From Hypanus sabinus (Eukaryota), in assembly GCF_030144855.1 (NCBI RefSeq), contig NC_082712.1, positions 12,276,001 through 12,340,000 of the forward strand: a DNA stretch of 64,000 nucleotides, read 5' to 3'. Below are positions 1-12,792 of the stretch, piece after piece. Every line of letters begins with the position of its first letter. Position 1 is the first letter of the stretch. A program made the position numbers and the translations under genes. The notes below the pieces were generated by a model that saw nothing but the letters and a program-made list of their open reading frames with translations, did not search any database and was not told the DNA's origin.

Positions 1-569
1 TTCTTATGGATCAATGTGACAGGTTGAGCCCTGTAATCGTGTCCTGTCTGCCTCCTCCCCCTGACATTCTGCTGAATCGCAATCGGGATTAGGATAATTT
101 CACCGGCTTGTGTATTGTGCAGCAGTACATTGCAATCATCATCATCGGTATGTGCTGTGTTGTGTGATGTGGGCAATCACAGTCTCGTAACCATGATGAA
201 CACACACAAAATGCTGGAGGAACTCAGCAGGCCAGGCAGCATCTCTGGAGAAGAGTAAACAGCTGATGTTTCAGGCTGACCCCTTCATCAGGACTCACAC
301 CGTGCAAAACAGGCCCTTTCATGAGTTCTGATGCAGAGTCTCAGCACAAAGCATCGACTGTTTACTCAGTTCTGGTGGGAGGAATGTTTGAAATTCTGAG
401 ATTGATGTGGCTGTTGGGCTGTAGTTTATTTTGCTCTCCTTCAGTTTCTGTTTTCTTTCCTGTTGCTGATTGGTGGGTTGGGGTTCTAGAGGGACGATGT
501 ATTGTTTTTGTGTGAGGGAGGGGTTGGGAATTGGTGTCTGATGTTCCTGTTGACTGTTCTGTGTGGGTG

Positions 570-2706
570 ATCTGTGTGGGGAGAGGGTGTTGGGTTTGGT
601 GTTGTCGGCACTGTATTTTTTGAGAGGGAGGGGGTTGGGGGCTTGAGGTTTTCGATCTTCTGACGATCATCTTCCATGTGGGTGATCTGTTGGCTTTTGT
701 GCGAGGGAGGGAGGTGGGGGGTTGAGGTTGCGAGATTTTTCTTTTTCCTTTTCATATGGGGGTATTGACGTAATGAATCCCATGGTTTATCTGGATATCA
801 TGGTTATCTGGAGAAGATGAATATCAGAGTTGTATTCTACATGCAAACTTTTGACAATAAAATGAACCTTTGATCCTTTCCCCATAGACGCTGCCTGACC
901 TGCTGAGTTCCTCCAGTATCTTGTGTGTGTTGCTCTGGATTTCCAGCAACGGCAGATATTTTCCTGTTTATGACCATGATTGTTCTTGGCAATTTTTCTA
1001 CAAAAGTGGTTTCCATCACCTTCTTCTGAGCAGTGTCTGTACAGGACAGGTGATCCCAGCCATTATCAATACTCTTCAGAGATTGTCTGCCTGGTGTCAG
1101 TGGTCACATAACCAGAATTTGTGATCTGCACCAGCTGCTCATACAACCATCCACCACCTGATCCCATGGATTCACGTGACCCTGATCAGGGGCGAAGCAG
1201 GGGCTACACCTCGCCCAAGGGTAAAGTGAAGACTAGTGGAGGGAAGGAGTGTCTTACACCTCCTTTGGTAAAGACGTATCTTCACCCTGACACCCTGTTA
1301 TACATTGCAATACATATTAATTAAAAAACTGTAAATTTCAATAAGAAATATATACCTACATGTATAATTTTAAATTAAATAAGTAGCACAAAAAGAGGGA
1401 AAAATAGGGAAAAAAGTGAGCTGGTCCTCACTTTTCTGATTGTCCATTCAGAAATCCGACGGCAGAAAGGAAGAAGCTCTTCCTGAAACGCTGAGTGTGC
1501 ATCTTCTCTGGGAAGCTTCCTGATCCTCCGTTAGAACTCCACTCATTCCTCCCAAGTTCAGGCAAGGCCCCGCCAGGGGGCCCGTTGAAGGTCTGGGGGC
1601 CACCCTGTGTGAGGGACCGTCTGAGATGGAGTTGTGGTGGGGAAATGAATCTCATCACCAGCAGAGGCTGGGAGTGGCCGATATAACATTCATCCCCGGA
1701 GTCTGGACACAGAATACAATGGGTGCTGGAGGTTCTGACCCATCCCTGAACACTGCAGAAGATGCCGAGATGGTGTGGGAGAGAGCAGAGGCCTCTGTGG
1801 ACGTGCTGGAGTCCGTCGTGGGTTGGGGACAGGCCCCTCCCATCGGTGCTGCCTTCCTCTTTTGCTCAGTGCTGCCCCCAGTGTTCACTTAGTGAGAGAC
1901 AAGCTGGACCAGGACAATATCCAATCTACCATCCAGCTCCAATCCAGACCACTCAGGAACTTGGGCAATATTATGTCTTTTTGTGACTGTATGCTTTTCT
2001 GTCATCGTAACAATGTGTACTGTGTGCTGTTGCTACTCTGCTTTACAGCTTGTCCCTGGAGGAACACTGTTTTGTTTTGCTGTACGCACGTGTGGCTGAT
2101 TGACAATTAAACTTGAACTTGAATGTGGTGACGGGTTCTTTTCCGGGTCTGATCTACAGTCAGATCTCACTCGGGGACAGACAGATAAACCCGGGGGTGG
2201 GGTTGATTAGAGGAAGGATAATGGTAGCAGGCTACCCCCCACCCCACCCCCCCCAAAACCCTCCCCATGCCCTGCAGAATGTGTCAATGATATCTTACCT
2301 GGTCTGACCTGCAACCGGATCTCACTCTGGAACACATGTATAAATGGAGGTGTGACGTGCTCTCTGTAGGATGAATAATCATGCTTCATGTTCCTGAACT
2401 CAGCCAGACACAGGTAGCTGTGACTGTCCTCCACTCTCAGCTGCTTTATCCTGATCCAGGCGCTTCCCAGCTCTGGGTCCTCGACGAGCTCGTACCGAGT
2501 CACTCCGTTTTCCGCTGCCCACGATCCATTTCCATGGTGCCTGAATGTGACGATGATTCGGTAGGGATCCTTCCTCATCCACGTCACCGTGTGTGCGGTG
2601 AGGCTCTGCCGAGGCCGTGTGAACACACAGGGTAACGTGGCCGAAGCTCCCTCAGTTCCAGTCATCACAGAGACACTCTCATTGGGAGCTGAGGGAAGGA
2701 CAGGTG
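570..2706. repeat. Segmental duplication copy 1 (V-set exon plus downstream intron); paralogue at ~45526-47270
   Basis: Long high-identity colinear match, e.g. 765-1572 vs 45841-46643 and 2056-2706 vs 46640-47270. Copy 2 lacks ~1573-2055 and has different sequence in place of ~660-760. Confidence 0.9.
2299..2688 (-). CDS. Ig V-set exon (second V domain) of a Siglec-15-like receptor; lacks the sialic-acid-binding Arg
   Basis: Acceptor cctgtccttccctcAG at 2690-2689 and donor G|GTAAG at 2298. The exon is 390 nt, phase 1/1 and open: PNESVSVMTGTEGASATLPCVFTRP...TWMRKDPY...SAWIRIKQLRVEDSHSYLCLAEF...SEIRLQVRP. It has the B-strand Cys, C-strand Trp and D-x-x-x-Y-x-C. Confidence 0.85.
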
Positions 2707-2964
2707 CCAGAATAAATCGGTTAACCCTCAGCAAAAACGTTTAACACTGACAAAATTTCCAGCCAACAAAATAATAAAAACTCCCCACAGCACCCTCCTG
2801 AATGAAAACGGCCCCACATGTGTCTCACTCATTAAAAACCATTCAAACTAGGGAAACTCTTTAGAACATAAATCAGTCCCATCGGGCAGGAGATAAAGAA
2901 GCCTAAATCTCACACCACCACGTTCAGGAACAGCTAATTCCCTTCAGACATTCAGTTGTTGAAG

Positions 2965-3300
2965 CAATTGACACCATCACTAATCAGTGGAGTGTAACAA
3001 CACCAATCAGTACAGTCTAACAACAACGACCAGTACAGTGTAACACTGGCCATTACAGGGAAACAGCACAAATCAATACACTGCAGCAACACCAATCAGT
3101 ACAGTGTAACAACACTGATCTGTACAGTGTGATATCACTAATCAGTACAGTGTGACAACACAATCACCACAATGAAACAACACCAGTCAGTATTGTTTAA
3201 CAACACTAGTCACTGTACTGAAACAACACTAATCAATACAGAGTAATAATACTGATCAATACAGTATAACAACACCAGTCAGTCCTGTGTAATGGCATTA
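2965..3300. repeat. Degenerate CA-rich satellite (acaccaatcagtacagtgtaaca-like units)
   Basis: Repeated cagtacagtgtaacaacac motifs, degenerate, about 20-23 bp per unit. Confidence 0.7.
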
Positions 3301-3489
3301 GTCACTAACCTATTAACGTAGCTGAGGGAATATTTTGCATTATGAGCTGTGTGTGATGTGAGACTGTAGATGTTTTCTGGGTGCACCGTGATCCAGAGGA
3401 ACACTGTTACATTTTGTTGTGGAGATGTACACTCAGACGACAATGGACATGATCTTCATCTGTACTTCATCTTCATCTGTATCTTCATC

Positions 3490-3826
3490 TACACTGAACC
3501 CACTCCAGTGTGATACTTACCGTACTGAAAGCGTTCAACACCCTGAGCTGGTGTGTTTGACAGGGAATCCTACAGTGAACCCACTCCAGTGTAATACTTA
3601 CTGTACTGAAACTGTTCAACAGCCTGAGCTGGTGTGTTCGAGAAGGAATTCTACACTGAGCCCTCTCCAGTGTAATACTTACTGTACTGAAAGTGTTCTA
3701 CAACCTGAGCTGGTGTGTTTGAGAAGGAATTCTACAGTGAACCCTCTCCAGTGTAATACTTACTGTACTGAAAGTGTTCTACAACCTGAGCTGGTGTGTT
3801 TGAGAAGGAATTCTACAGTGAACCCT
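3490..3826. repeat. 81-bp minisatellite, ~4.2 copies
   Basis: The unit tacagtgaaccc...ggaattc recurs every 81 bp and translates on + as a 27-aa repeat (TVNPLQCNTYCTESVLQPELVCLRRNS). Confidence 0.9.
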
Positions 3827-3894
3827 GCTTTCTACAAAGATAGTGCACTGAGCTGTTTACTGTTTACCTGTGCTGCAAACTACATGCATTCTTA

Positions 3895-5805
3895 AAAAGT
3901 AGGGGTCCCAGGACAGATCCTTGTGGCACTCCACTACTCACCGAGCTCCAGGCAGAATACTTTCCTTCCACTACGATCCTCTGCTTTCTTCCTGTAAACC
4001 AATTTTTTATCCAAACAGCTAAGGTTCCATTGATTCCATGCCTCATGACTTTCTGGATGAGTCTCTCATGGGGGACCTTGACAAATGCTTTGATAAAATC
4101 CATGTAGACCACATCTACTGCCCTACCCTCATCAATTTCTTTTGTTACCTCTTCAAAAAACTCAGTCAGGCTGGTGAGGCACAACCTTCCCTTCACAAAG
4201 CCATGTTGACTATCCTTGAGCAGACTGGACTTCTCCAAATGCTCATAGATCCTATCCTTAAGAATCCTTTCCAATAGTTTTCAGAGCACCGACGTAAGAC
4301 TCACCAGTCTCTAGTTCACAGGATTCTCCCTATTAACATTTTTAAACAAGGGGAACTACATTTGCCATTCTCCAATCCTCCGGCACCTCCCCTGCAGCCA
4401 AAGAGGATTCAAAGATCATATCTACTGTTCCAGTGATTTCTTCTCTCACCTCCCACAGCAACCTGGGGTATATCACATCCAGTCCTGGGGACTTATCAAT
4501 TTTGATGTTTTTAAGAAGATCCAATATTTCTTCCTTAATCTCCACATTGTCCAGTGCACAGACCTGCTCTATTTCGATCTCACCCTGATCAAGGTCCTTT
4601 TCACTTGTCAATACTGAAGCAAAGTATTCATTTAGGACCTCCCCAACCTCCTGCGCCTCCAAGCACATATTGCCCTCCTTATCCTTTAGTGGCCCCACCT
4701 TTGTTCTATTCATCCTTCTGTTCTTCACATACGTGTAGAACGCCTTGGGGTTCTCCTTAATCCGACATGCCAAGACTTAGAGCTCTCCTCAGTCCTTTCT
4801 TAAGCACCTTCCTGGCTACCGTATATTTCTCATGAGCCCCTCCTGTTTCCTGCTTCTTATATCTAACATATGCTTCCTTCTTCCTCTGGACGAGTTGCCT
4901 CACGTGTTTTGTCAGCCATGGTTCCCTTTTCCTATCATTTTAAACTTGTCTCAGTGGGACAAACCTATCCTGAACACAGCACAAGTGGTCCCTAAACTTC
5001 TCCCACATTACTTCTGTGTTTTCACCCTTGAACATCTGTTTCCAATTTACTCTCGCTAGTTCCTGCCTCGTCCCTTCATTGTTAGCCCTTCCCCAGTTAA
5101 GCACTTTCCCATTTTGTCAGTTTTTATCCTTTTCCATAGCTATGCTGAAGCTGAGGGAGTTGTGGTCAATCTCACCAAATGCTCCCCCACCAAGAGGTCT
5201 GTCACCAGACCAGGTTCATTACCCAGAACTAGCTCCAGTATGGCCTCTCCTCTCGTCGGCCAGTCCACATATTGTGTCAGGAATCCTTCTTGAACACACC
5301 TGACAAATTCAGCCCCATCTATCCCCCTTGCAGTTGGGTGATGCCAGTCAATGTGAGGGAAGTTGAAATCACCCATAACTACAACCCTGTATTTCCTGCA
5401 CCATTCTAAAATCTGCCTGCTTATCTGCTCCTCGGTGTCCCGAGGGCTATTTGGGGGCCTATAGACTACTCCCAGCACAGCGATTGATCCCTTCCTATTT
5501 CTGACTTCCACCCAGACCAACTCAGTGGACATTCCCTCTGCAGCGTCCTCCCTTTCTATAGCCGTGATACTATCCCTGACCAGTAATGCTACTCATCTCC
5601 CCCTTTCTACCTCCCATTCTGTTCCTTTTAAAACAGCTAAACCCTGGTACCTGCATTAGCCAATCCTGTCCTTCCTCCAGCCAAGTTTCAGTAATGGCCA
5701 CAACATCGTAGTTCCATGTACTGATCCATGCTCGAAGTTCATCCCCTTTATTCCTAATACTCCTAGCATTGAAATAGACACATTTCAACCCCTCTAACTA
5801 TTATT
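3895..5805 (-). mobile_element. CR1 LINE ORF2 fragment (APE endonuclease to RT), degraded
   Basis: KCVYFNARSI (endonuclease start), VVMGDFNFPHIDW, QHGFVKGRLCLT, GVPQGSVLGPLLF; broken into several ORFs. Confidence 0.9.
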
Positions 5806-5811
5806 CTTAAA

Positions 5812-6235
5812 CTGTGGCCTCTAGTTCTGGACTCACCCATCAGCCAGAACATGCTTCCTGCCTCCAGCATGTCCAATCCCTTAATAATCTTATATGTCTC
5901 AATCAGATCCCCTCTCATCCTTCTAAATTCCAGTGTATACAAGCCCAGTCACTCCAATCTTTCAACATATAACAGTCCCGTCATTCCGGGAATTAACCTT
6001 GTGAACCTACGCTGCACTCCCTCAATAGCAAGAATGTCCTTCTTCAAATTTGGAGACCAAAACTGCACACAGTACTCCAGGTGGGGTCTCACCAGGGCCC
6101 TGTACAACTGCAGAAGGACCTCTTTACTCCTATACTCAATTCCTCTTGTTATAAAAGCCAGCATGTCATTAGCTTTCTTCACTGCCTGCTGTACCTGCAT
6201 GCTTACTTTCATTGACTGATGTACAAGACACCTTG
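5812..6235 (-). mobile_element. CR1 RT C-terminal fragment
   Basis: [45 protein letters not shown]. Confidence 0.85.
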
Positions 6236-6419
6236 ACGTTCTGTATCTGTGTACAGTCAGATGGCAATAAACTTGACCTTGATTGCTGCTTTTCTGATGC
6301 AACGCTCTGTGCCTGTGTTGCTGCGGCAACTGGATTTTCACTGCACCTGTGCAGACACGTAGGCAGACGTGCAATGAAAATCGTCCCTGCAGCAGCAAGT
6401 AAGTTCAGTTCCACTCACC

Positions 6420-6920
6420 TCATTACAGGAAGGATGAGGAAGCTTTCGAGAGGATGTAGAGGAGATCTACCAGGATGCTGCCTGGACCAGAGAGGATGTT
6501 TAATGAGGAAAGGTTGAGCGAGCTGGAGACTTTCTCTTGGGAGTGAAGAAAGATGAGAGGTGACTTGATAGAGGTGAACAAGATGATAAGAGGCATAATC
6601 GAGCAGACAGCCAGAGACTTTTCCTGGAAAGTATTGGGGGGATGTCAGAGGTCAGAGGCAGGTTCATTACACACAGAGTGGAGGGTGTGTAGAACAGATG
6701 GAGTTCAACCCAGTTAAGTGTGAAGTGATTCATTCTGGTAGGTCAAATTTGAATACAGAATATATGAATGGTAAGACTGGTGGCAGTGTGGAGGATGAGC
6801 TGGATCTTGGGGAGTCTGTCCATAGGACACTCAAAGCTGCTGCACAGGTTGACAGTGGTGTTAAGAAGGTGTCTGGTGTACTGGCATTCATCAGCTGTGG
6901 GATTGAGTTCAAGAGCCCTG
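6420..6920 (+). mobile_element. CR1 fragments, plus strand, rearranged
   Basis: MEFNPVKCEVIH...AAAQVDSGVKK...GIEFKS CR1 RT motifs. Confidence 0.75.
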
Positions 6921-6933
6921 AGGTAATCTCTCT

Positions 6934-9900
6934 TTTTCAACAAACTATACCGAAGAGATTGACAGAGGAATACTTTGGGACTCTTTTAAGGCTTTTATTC
7001 ATGGACAAATTATCTCATATTCTGCTGGGAAAAGAAAACAAAGATATTTAGATATAGCTTTATTGGTGGATAAAATTAAAGAAATTGATAAGATTTATTC
7101 CGTTACTCCTACCAAGGAACTTTATAAGAAGAGAGTTGAACTGCAAATGGAACATAGCTTACTGTTATCTTCTTCAATTGAGAATCAATTAATTAGGACT
7201 AGGGCTCAATTTTATATTCATAGTGATCGAACTGGTAAATTGTTAGCTAATCAATTAAAAGCTATTTCGACTAAGCGACAAATTATTAAAATTTGGTAAT
7301 CTGGTAAGACGGTAAGACGGTAATCTGACTACTGATCATAAAGAAATTAATAATACTTTCCAAGATTTTTATAAATCTTTATATCAATCAGAATTTGATG
7401 GTGATATGTCTATGATGGATAATTTTTTTAACAATTTGAATATTCCCAAACTGACAGATGAAGATCGAAGTTTATTTGATGCTCCTATTTCTATGGCGGA
7501 GGTAGGAGAAGCTATTTCATCGATGAATTCAAGGAAAGCTCCTGGCCCCGATGGTTATATTATAGAATTTTTTAAAACTTTTTCTTCTTTGCTTTCCCCT
7601 TGGTTATGTGAAATCTTTAATGATGCATTTATTAAGAAGAGACTACCCCAGTCTTTTTATGAAGCTACTATTTCTTTAATTCTTAAAAAAGATAAAGATC
7701 CTACTTTATGTGCATCTTATCGCCCTATATCGTTACTAAATGTAGACTCTAAGATTCTTACAAAAATTTTAGCTGTTAGGTTAGAAAAGGTACTATCACA
7801 GATTATTTCAGGAGATCAAACTGGTTTCATTAGGAACCGATACTCCTTTTTTAATGTTAGAAAATTGATCAATATAATTTACACTTCCTCACCCACAACC
7901 CCAGAATGTGTTATTTCATTAGATGCTGAAAAAGCTTTTGATAGAGTTGAATGGATATACTTATTTAATGCCTTGAAACATTTTAACTTTAGTTCTAATT
8001 TTATATCATGGATTAAATTAATATATTATAAACCTGTTGCTTCTGTCCTTACGAATAATTATAGATCCTCTTTTTTTCAATTATCTCGTGGTACGAGACA
8101 AGGTTGTCCCTTAAGTCCTTTATTATTTAATATTGCATTAGAACTTTTAGCCATTGCTATTCGTGAATCCCCTAATATTTTTGGTATTACCCGTAATGAG
8201 AAATTATACAAGTTATCGCTCTATGCTGATGACTTGTTGTTATATATTTCTGATCCTGATAATTCTATTCCCGCTATTCTATCCTTGTTGGTTCAATTTG
8301 GTAGTTTTTCTGGTTACAAATTAAATTTGGATAAGAGTGAACTCTTCCCTTTAAATGCACAAACTTTACTGAATGACAGGATACCATTTAAAATTGTTAC
8401 TGACAATTTTATTTATTTAGGTATAAAAATTACCAAGAAATATAAAGATTTATTCAGATTGAATTTTTTACCTATGCTTCATCAAATTCAACAACTTACT
8501 ACTAGATGGTCTCCTTTATCCTTATCATTGTTTGGTCGGATCAATGCTGTTAAAATGATGATTTTACCGAAATTTTTATATTTATTTCAAGCCTTACCAA
8601 TTTTTATTCCTAAGTCTTTTTTTGATAGCATTGATTCAAAAATTTCCTCATTTGTGTGGCAAAATAAAAACCCCAGATTAAGTAAAAGACAGTTACAGAA
8701 ATCTAAAAAAGATGGTGGTTTAGCTTTACCCAATTTTAGATTTTACTATTGGGCGAATAATATTCGGAATTTATTATACTGGAAATTAGATTTAGATTTA
8801 CCATTGTGCCCACAGTGGGTAAATTTAGAATGTAATGATACACAAGGATATTCTCTATTTTCTGTTCTTGGTTCTTCTCTCCCTGTTGATTTAGTTAAAC
8901 TTAATAAACAGATATCTAACCCTATTGTCAAACATACATACGAATTTGGTTTCAATTTCGTAAATTTTTTACTCTAAAAAACTTCGTTCTTGATAGCCCT
9001 ATCTTAATTTTTTCTTTAAACCTTCTTTAATAGATCAAGCTTTTAGCATATGGAAAAGGAAAGGTATAATATGTTTTCGTGATCTTTTTTCTGAAGGTAG
9101 TTTGATGTCTTTTGATCAACTTTCTAACAAATTTAAATTACCTAAATCTAATTTTTTTAGATATTTACAAATTAGAAACTTTTTGCATAAAGTTTTACCA
9201 TCCTTTCCTAATTCAACTTTGATAGATTTTTCAGATATGATTTTTACTTTAAATCCCTGTCAGAAGAGATTAGTGGCTCTTATTTATAATATGATTATGA
9301 AAATACAACCAGAGGTATCGGGTAGAATTAAACAGGAATGGGAAAAAGAACTTCAATACAATATTTCAACGGAAAAATGGGAAAAAATTTTACAAATGGT
9401 TAATTCTTCTTCTATATGTGCTAAACATGCTTTAATACAATTTAAAATTGTACATAGAGCTCATATGTCTAAAGATAAGCTTGCTCGGTTTTATTCTCAT
9501 GTTAACCCTCAATGTGACAGATGTCATTTAGATGTGGCTTCATTGACCCACATGTTTTGGTCATGTCCTACTTTACATAATTATTGGAAGGACATATTTG
9601 CTACCATTTCCTCAATTTGGAATATTGATTTACAACCTCATTTTATCACTGCAATTTTTGGTATACCAAATGAAGATGATAGTCGATTCTCCCCTTCAAT
9701 TAGACGAATGATTGCCTTTGTAACATTAATGGCCAGGAGATCTATATTACAAAATTGGAAAGAAATAAATCCTCCTACCACATTTCAGTGGTTCTCTCAA
9801 ACTATTTCTTGTTTAAGTTTAGAGAAAATTAGAAGTACTATTTTTGATTCATCAATTAAATTTGAAGAAACTTGGGGACCATTCATTCGACACTTTCATA

Positions 9901-10275
9901 TGAATTAATTTGGCTTCTTCCGGACCTTTATTCTTATTATTCTTGTTCTGGTATGGAGTTCCGGAGTTTTTTGACACTATCATATACATATAAACTATTA
10001 TTACTGCCCATGTTAGTTTAGTTTTTTTTCATTATTTTCTTAAATATACATTTTTTCTTGTATTTTATACTTTTTTTTCTTTTGATGATTATTTTTAATC
10101 TTTTTCATGTATAATCAATGTAGATTAGATTGATTATTGTACGATCTTTTTTCGCTGGTAGTTTAATAAGATATTTTTATCTTGTTACTAATTTAATTTC
10201 AAATCTATTGTATTCATAACCTATTTAATATATTATGTTTTTTTTATAAAAACTAATAAAAAGATTGAAAAAGAA
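6934..10275 (+). mobile_element. 5'-truncated L1-clade LINE (ORF2 RT, C-terminal domain, AT-rich 3'UTR) with 13-bp TSD
   Basis: 523-aa ORF with SLDAEKAFDRVEW, GTRQGCPLSPLLF, LYADD and a C-terminal CDRC...HMFWSC motif. Direct repeat aggtaatctctct at 6921-6933 and 10276-10288; A-rich tail. Confidence 0.93.
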
Positions 10276-10619
10276 AGGTAATCTCTCTAGAGTAGGTTAC
10301 ATGGTCAGTACAGCATTGTGGGCCGAATGGCCTGTAATGTGCTGTAGATTTCTGTTTCTATATTCTCTGTAAGAGAGGATCACTGATCCTCCAGGTTCGG
10401 GGGTTCAGCTCAGGGTAACAACCCTGACGGGTAAAACAATGTTGTTATGGAAACTGCAATGGAGAATCCTTCGACATCTGAGTGTGACGGTATTCCTGAG
10501 TCCCACTCGGGAATTGTATGACTGACAGCAGTGAAAACCGAGAGGAAGCTACTGACACGATGAAGGAAGCCCTGAATGCTGCCAGAGATGGAGGCCCTTC
10601 ATTGCTGACTGAAATGGCA

Positions 10620-10753
10620 NNNNNNNNNNNNNNNNNNNNNNNNNNNNNNNNNNNNNNNNNNNNNNNNNNNNNNNNNNNNNNNNNNNNNNNNNNNNNNNNN
10701 NNNNNNNNNNNNNNNNNNNNNNNNNNNNNNNNNNNNNNNNNNNNNNNNNNNNN
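10620..10753. other. Assembly gap (N run)
   Basis: Run of n characters. Confidence 1.
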
Positions 10754-11085
10754 GGGGAGGGCGGAGAGTGGGAGGGGGGGGAGAGGGAGGGGAGAGGGAG
10801 AGAGACTCTTAGAGACTTGGATGATGTAAAAATGGAGGGCATGTGGGAGGCAAGGGGGAGAAATTGATCTTGGAGCAGGTTTAAGGGTCAGCACAACATT
10901 GTGGGCTGAAGGGCCTGTACAGTGCTGTTGTTCTATGTGCTAGTGCACATGACAATCACATCTATTTGACATGATCGTCCTGCAAAATATACTTGTACAT
11001 TATGAATAAAATGAGCTTTCAGTGAGATGAAATGTGAAATGATTAGTGTAGTTTTACAACTCAATGCTTAAACATCGATCCTCAC

Positions 11086-11469
11086 CTCCCACAGACAGAT
11101 TTGTTAGAAGCACCGTTCGAAACTTGCCAACATTGAGCTCCACCCGGCACCAATACCGACCACCGTCACTCCGGTTCAGTCGCTCCACCATTATCGAGGC
11201 ATCTCTCCGACTGAGGTTCCCCACGAATCCGAACCGCCCTCCTCCAGCCTCCTGTGTCGTTGTATCGCACCCGGAGGGGCCGGAACCGGGATATGTGCAG
11301 TTAAACACCAGTTTTTTAGCACCTGGTTCCACCCTGTACCAGATCACGGAGCCGTTCAGTGCGACATCAGGAGGTGGGTGGGTGAAAGTACACGGTAACA
11401 CAGCGGGAGCCCCTTCCTCCGCAGAGACCACATCAGCACCGGACATTGTCCAACCAGAGATCGAATAGT
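11086..11469 (-). CDS. Ig V-set exon, Siglec-15-like, retains the essential Arg (YWCRVE)
   Basis: Acceptor ctctctgtccccAG at 11471-11470 and donor G|GTGAG at 11085. The exon is 384 nt, phase 1/1 and open: WTMSGADVVSAEEGAPAVLPCTFTHP...VIWY...VFNC...GCDT...RFGFVGNLSRRDASIMVERLNRSDGGRYWCRVEL. It closely parallels the human Siglec-15 V domain as recalled (not searched). Confidence 0.9.
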
Positions 11470-11471
11470 CT

Positions 11472-11660
11472 GGGGACAGAGAGATAGTGAGAGTGTATGT
11501 GAGTGAGTGAATGAGAGAGTCAGAGAGAGAGATAGTGAATGAGTGTGAGAGAGTGAATGAGAGAGAGTGAGATAGAGAGAAACAGTGAAAGAGAGAGGAG
11601 GGAGAGAGAGAGGCAGTGATAGAGAGAGTGAGTGAGAAATTGAGTGAGAGAGAGAAATAG
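11472..11660. repeat. GA/GAGT microsatellite (polypyrimidine tract upstream of the V exon on the minus strand)
   Basis: Imperfect (GA)n/(GAGT)n run. Confidence 0.9.
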
Positions 11661-12139
11661 AGGACAATATTTGAACAACAATCTGCTGAAGGAATTCAGC
11701 CGGTCGAGCTGCATCTGTGGGTGTGAAAAGACGTTGAAGTCTTGGTTTGCATCGGGACTGTTAGAGGAATGTCGAATGGCCAGAGGGAAAGGGGAAGTGA
11801 AACTGGAATCTGAGGTGATTGATGGACAGAGGAGGGGTGAGAGAGGATACTGAGGTGATTGATAGATTGAGGAGGGTGGACAGGAGTATCAGGTGATTGA
11901 GGATTGAGGTGGGGTGAGACGGGTCTGAGGTGATTGAGGTGGGGTGTGAGGTTAAGGGCAGGTTGTGCTGGGTAGGGAGGGGAAGGGGGATGGGAGATGT
12001 GGTAAGTGGTGACAGATGGAGAAGAGGGAAGGAAAGGAGATTCAGATGGAGAGAGGTGATTGTAATCAGTTGTTTGAGGGAGGACCACCAAGGACTCACT
12101 CTCCAGCCTGATACTCTGAGATGAGAATGGGACCCACTG

Positions 12140-12792
12140 GGGGAGATGCGTCTGGCAGGTGGAACCGGGTCAAGCGTGGGGAAGGTGGGGAAAGTGGGTG
12201 AAAAATCTGGGAAACAGACATGGAGATTCACAAACCTGCCTGTCCAGGCAGACCCATTGTCTCTGCTTGCTCCTGCCCCACTGAACTCATTTCTGCCTAT
12301 CTCGACTCTGTTTTATCTCCCCTTGTTCAAACCCTTCCCACCTATGTCCGTGATTCTTCCCATGCTTTACATCTCTTCAAAGATTTCAAGTTTCCTGGAC
12401 CCCACCACCTCATTTTCAACATGGACGTCCAGTCCCTATATACCTCTATCCCCCACCAGGAAGGTCTCCGAGCTCTCCGTTTCTTCCTGGATTCCAGACC
12501 CAGCCAGTCACCCTCTACCACCACTCTTCTCCGCCTTGCGGAATTAGTCGTCACGCTTAACAATTTCTCCTTGGCTCCTCCCACTTCCTCCAAACTAAAG
12601 GTGTAGCCATGGGCACCCGCATGGGTCCTAGCTATGCCTGCCTTTTTGTCGGCCATGTGGAGCAATCTATGTTCCAAGCCTACACCGGTATCTGTCCTCC
12701 TCTTTTCTTACGTTATATCGACGACTGCATCGGCGCTGCTTCCTGCACACATGCTGAGCTCGTCGACTTCATTAACTTCACCTCCAACTTTA
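12140..12792 (+). mobile_element. Penelope-like element RT fragment
   Basis: HKPACPGRPIVS, MDVQSLYTSIP, AMGTRMGPSYACLFVG, RYIDD. Confidence 0.88.

Noticed and set aside
11356-12231. Long Ser/Leu/His/Pro-rich ORFs
   Set aside because: They are translations of a GA microsatellite and purine-rich Penelope-associated low-complexity DNA.
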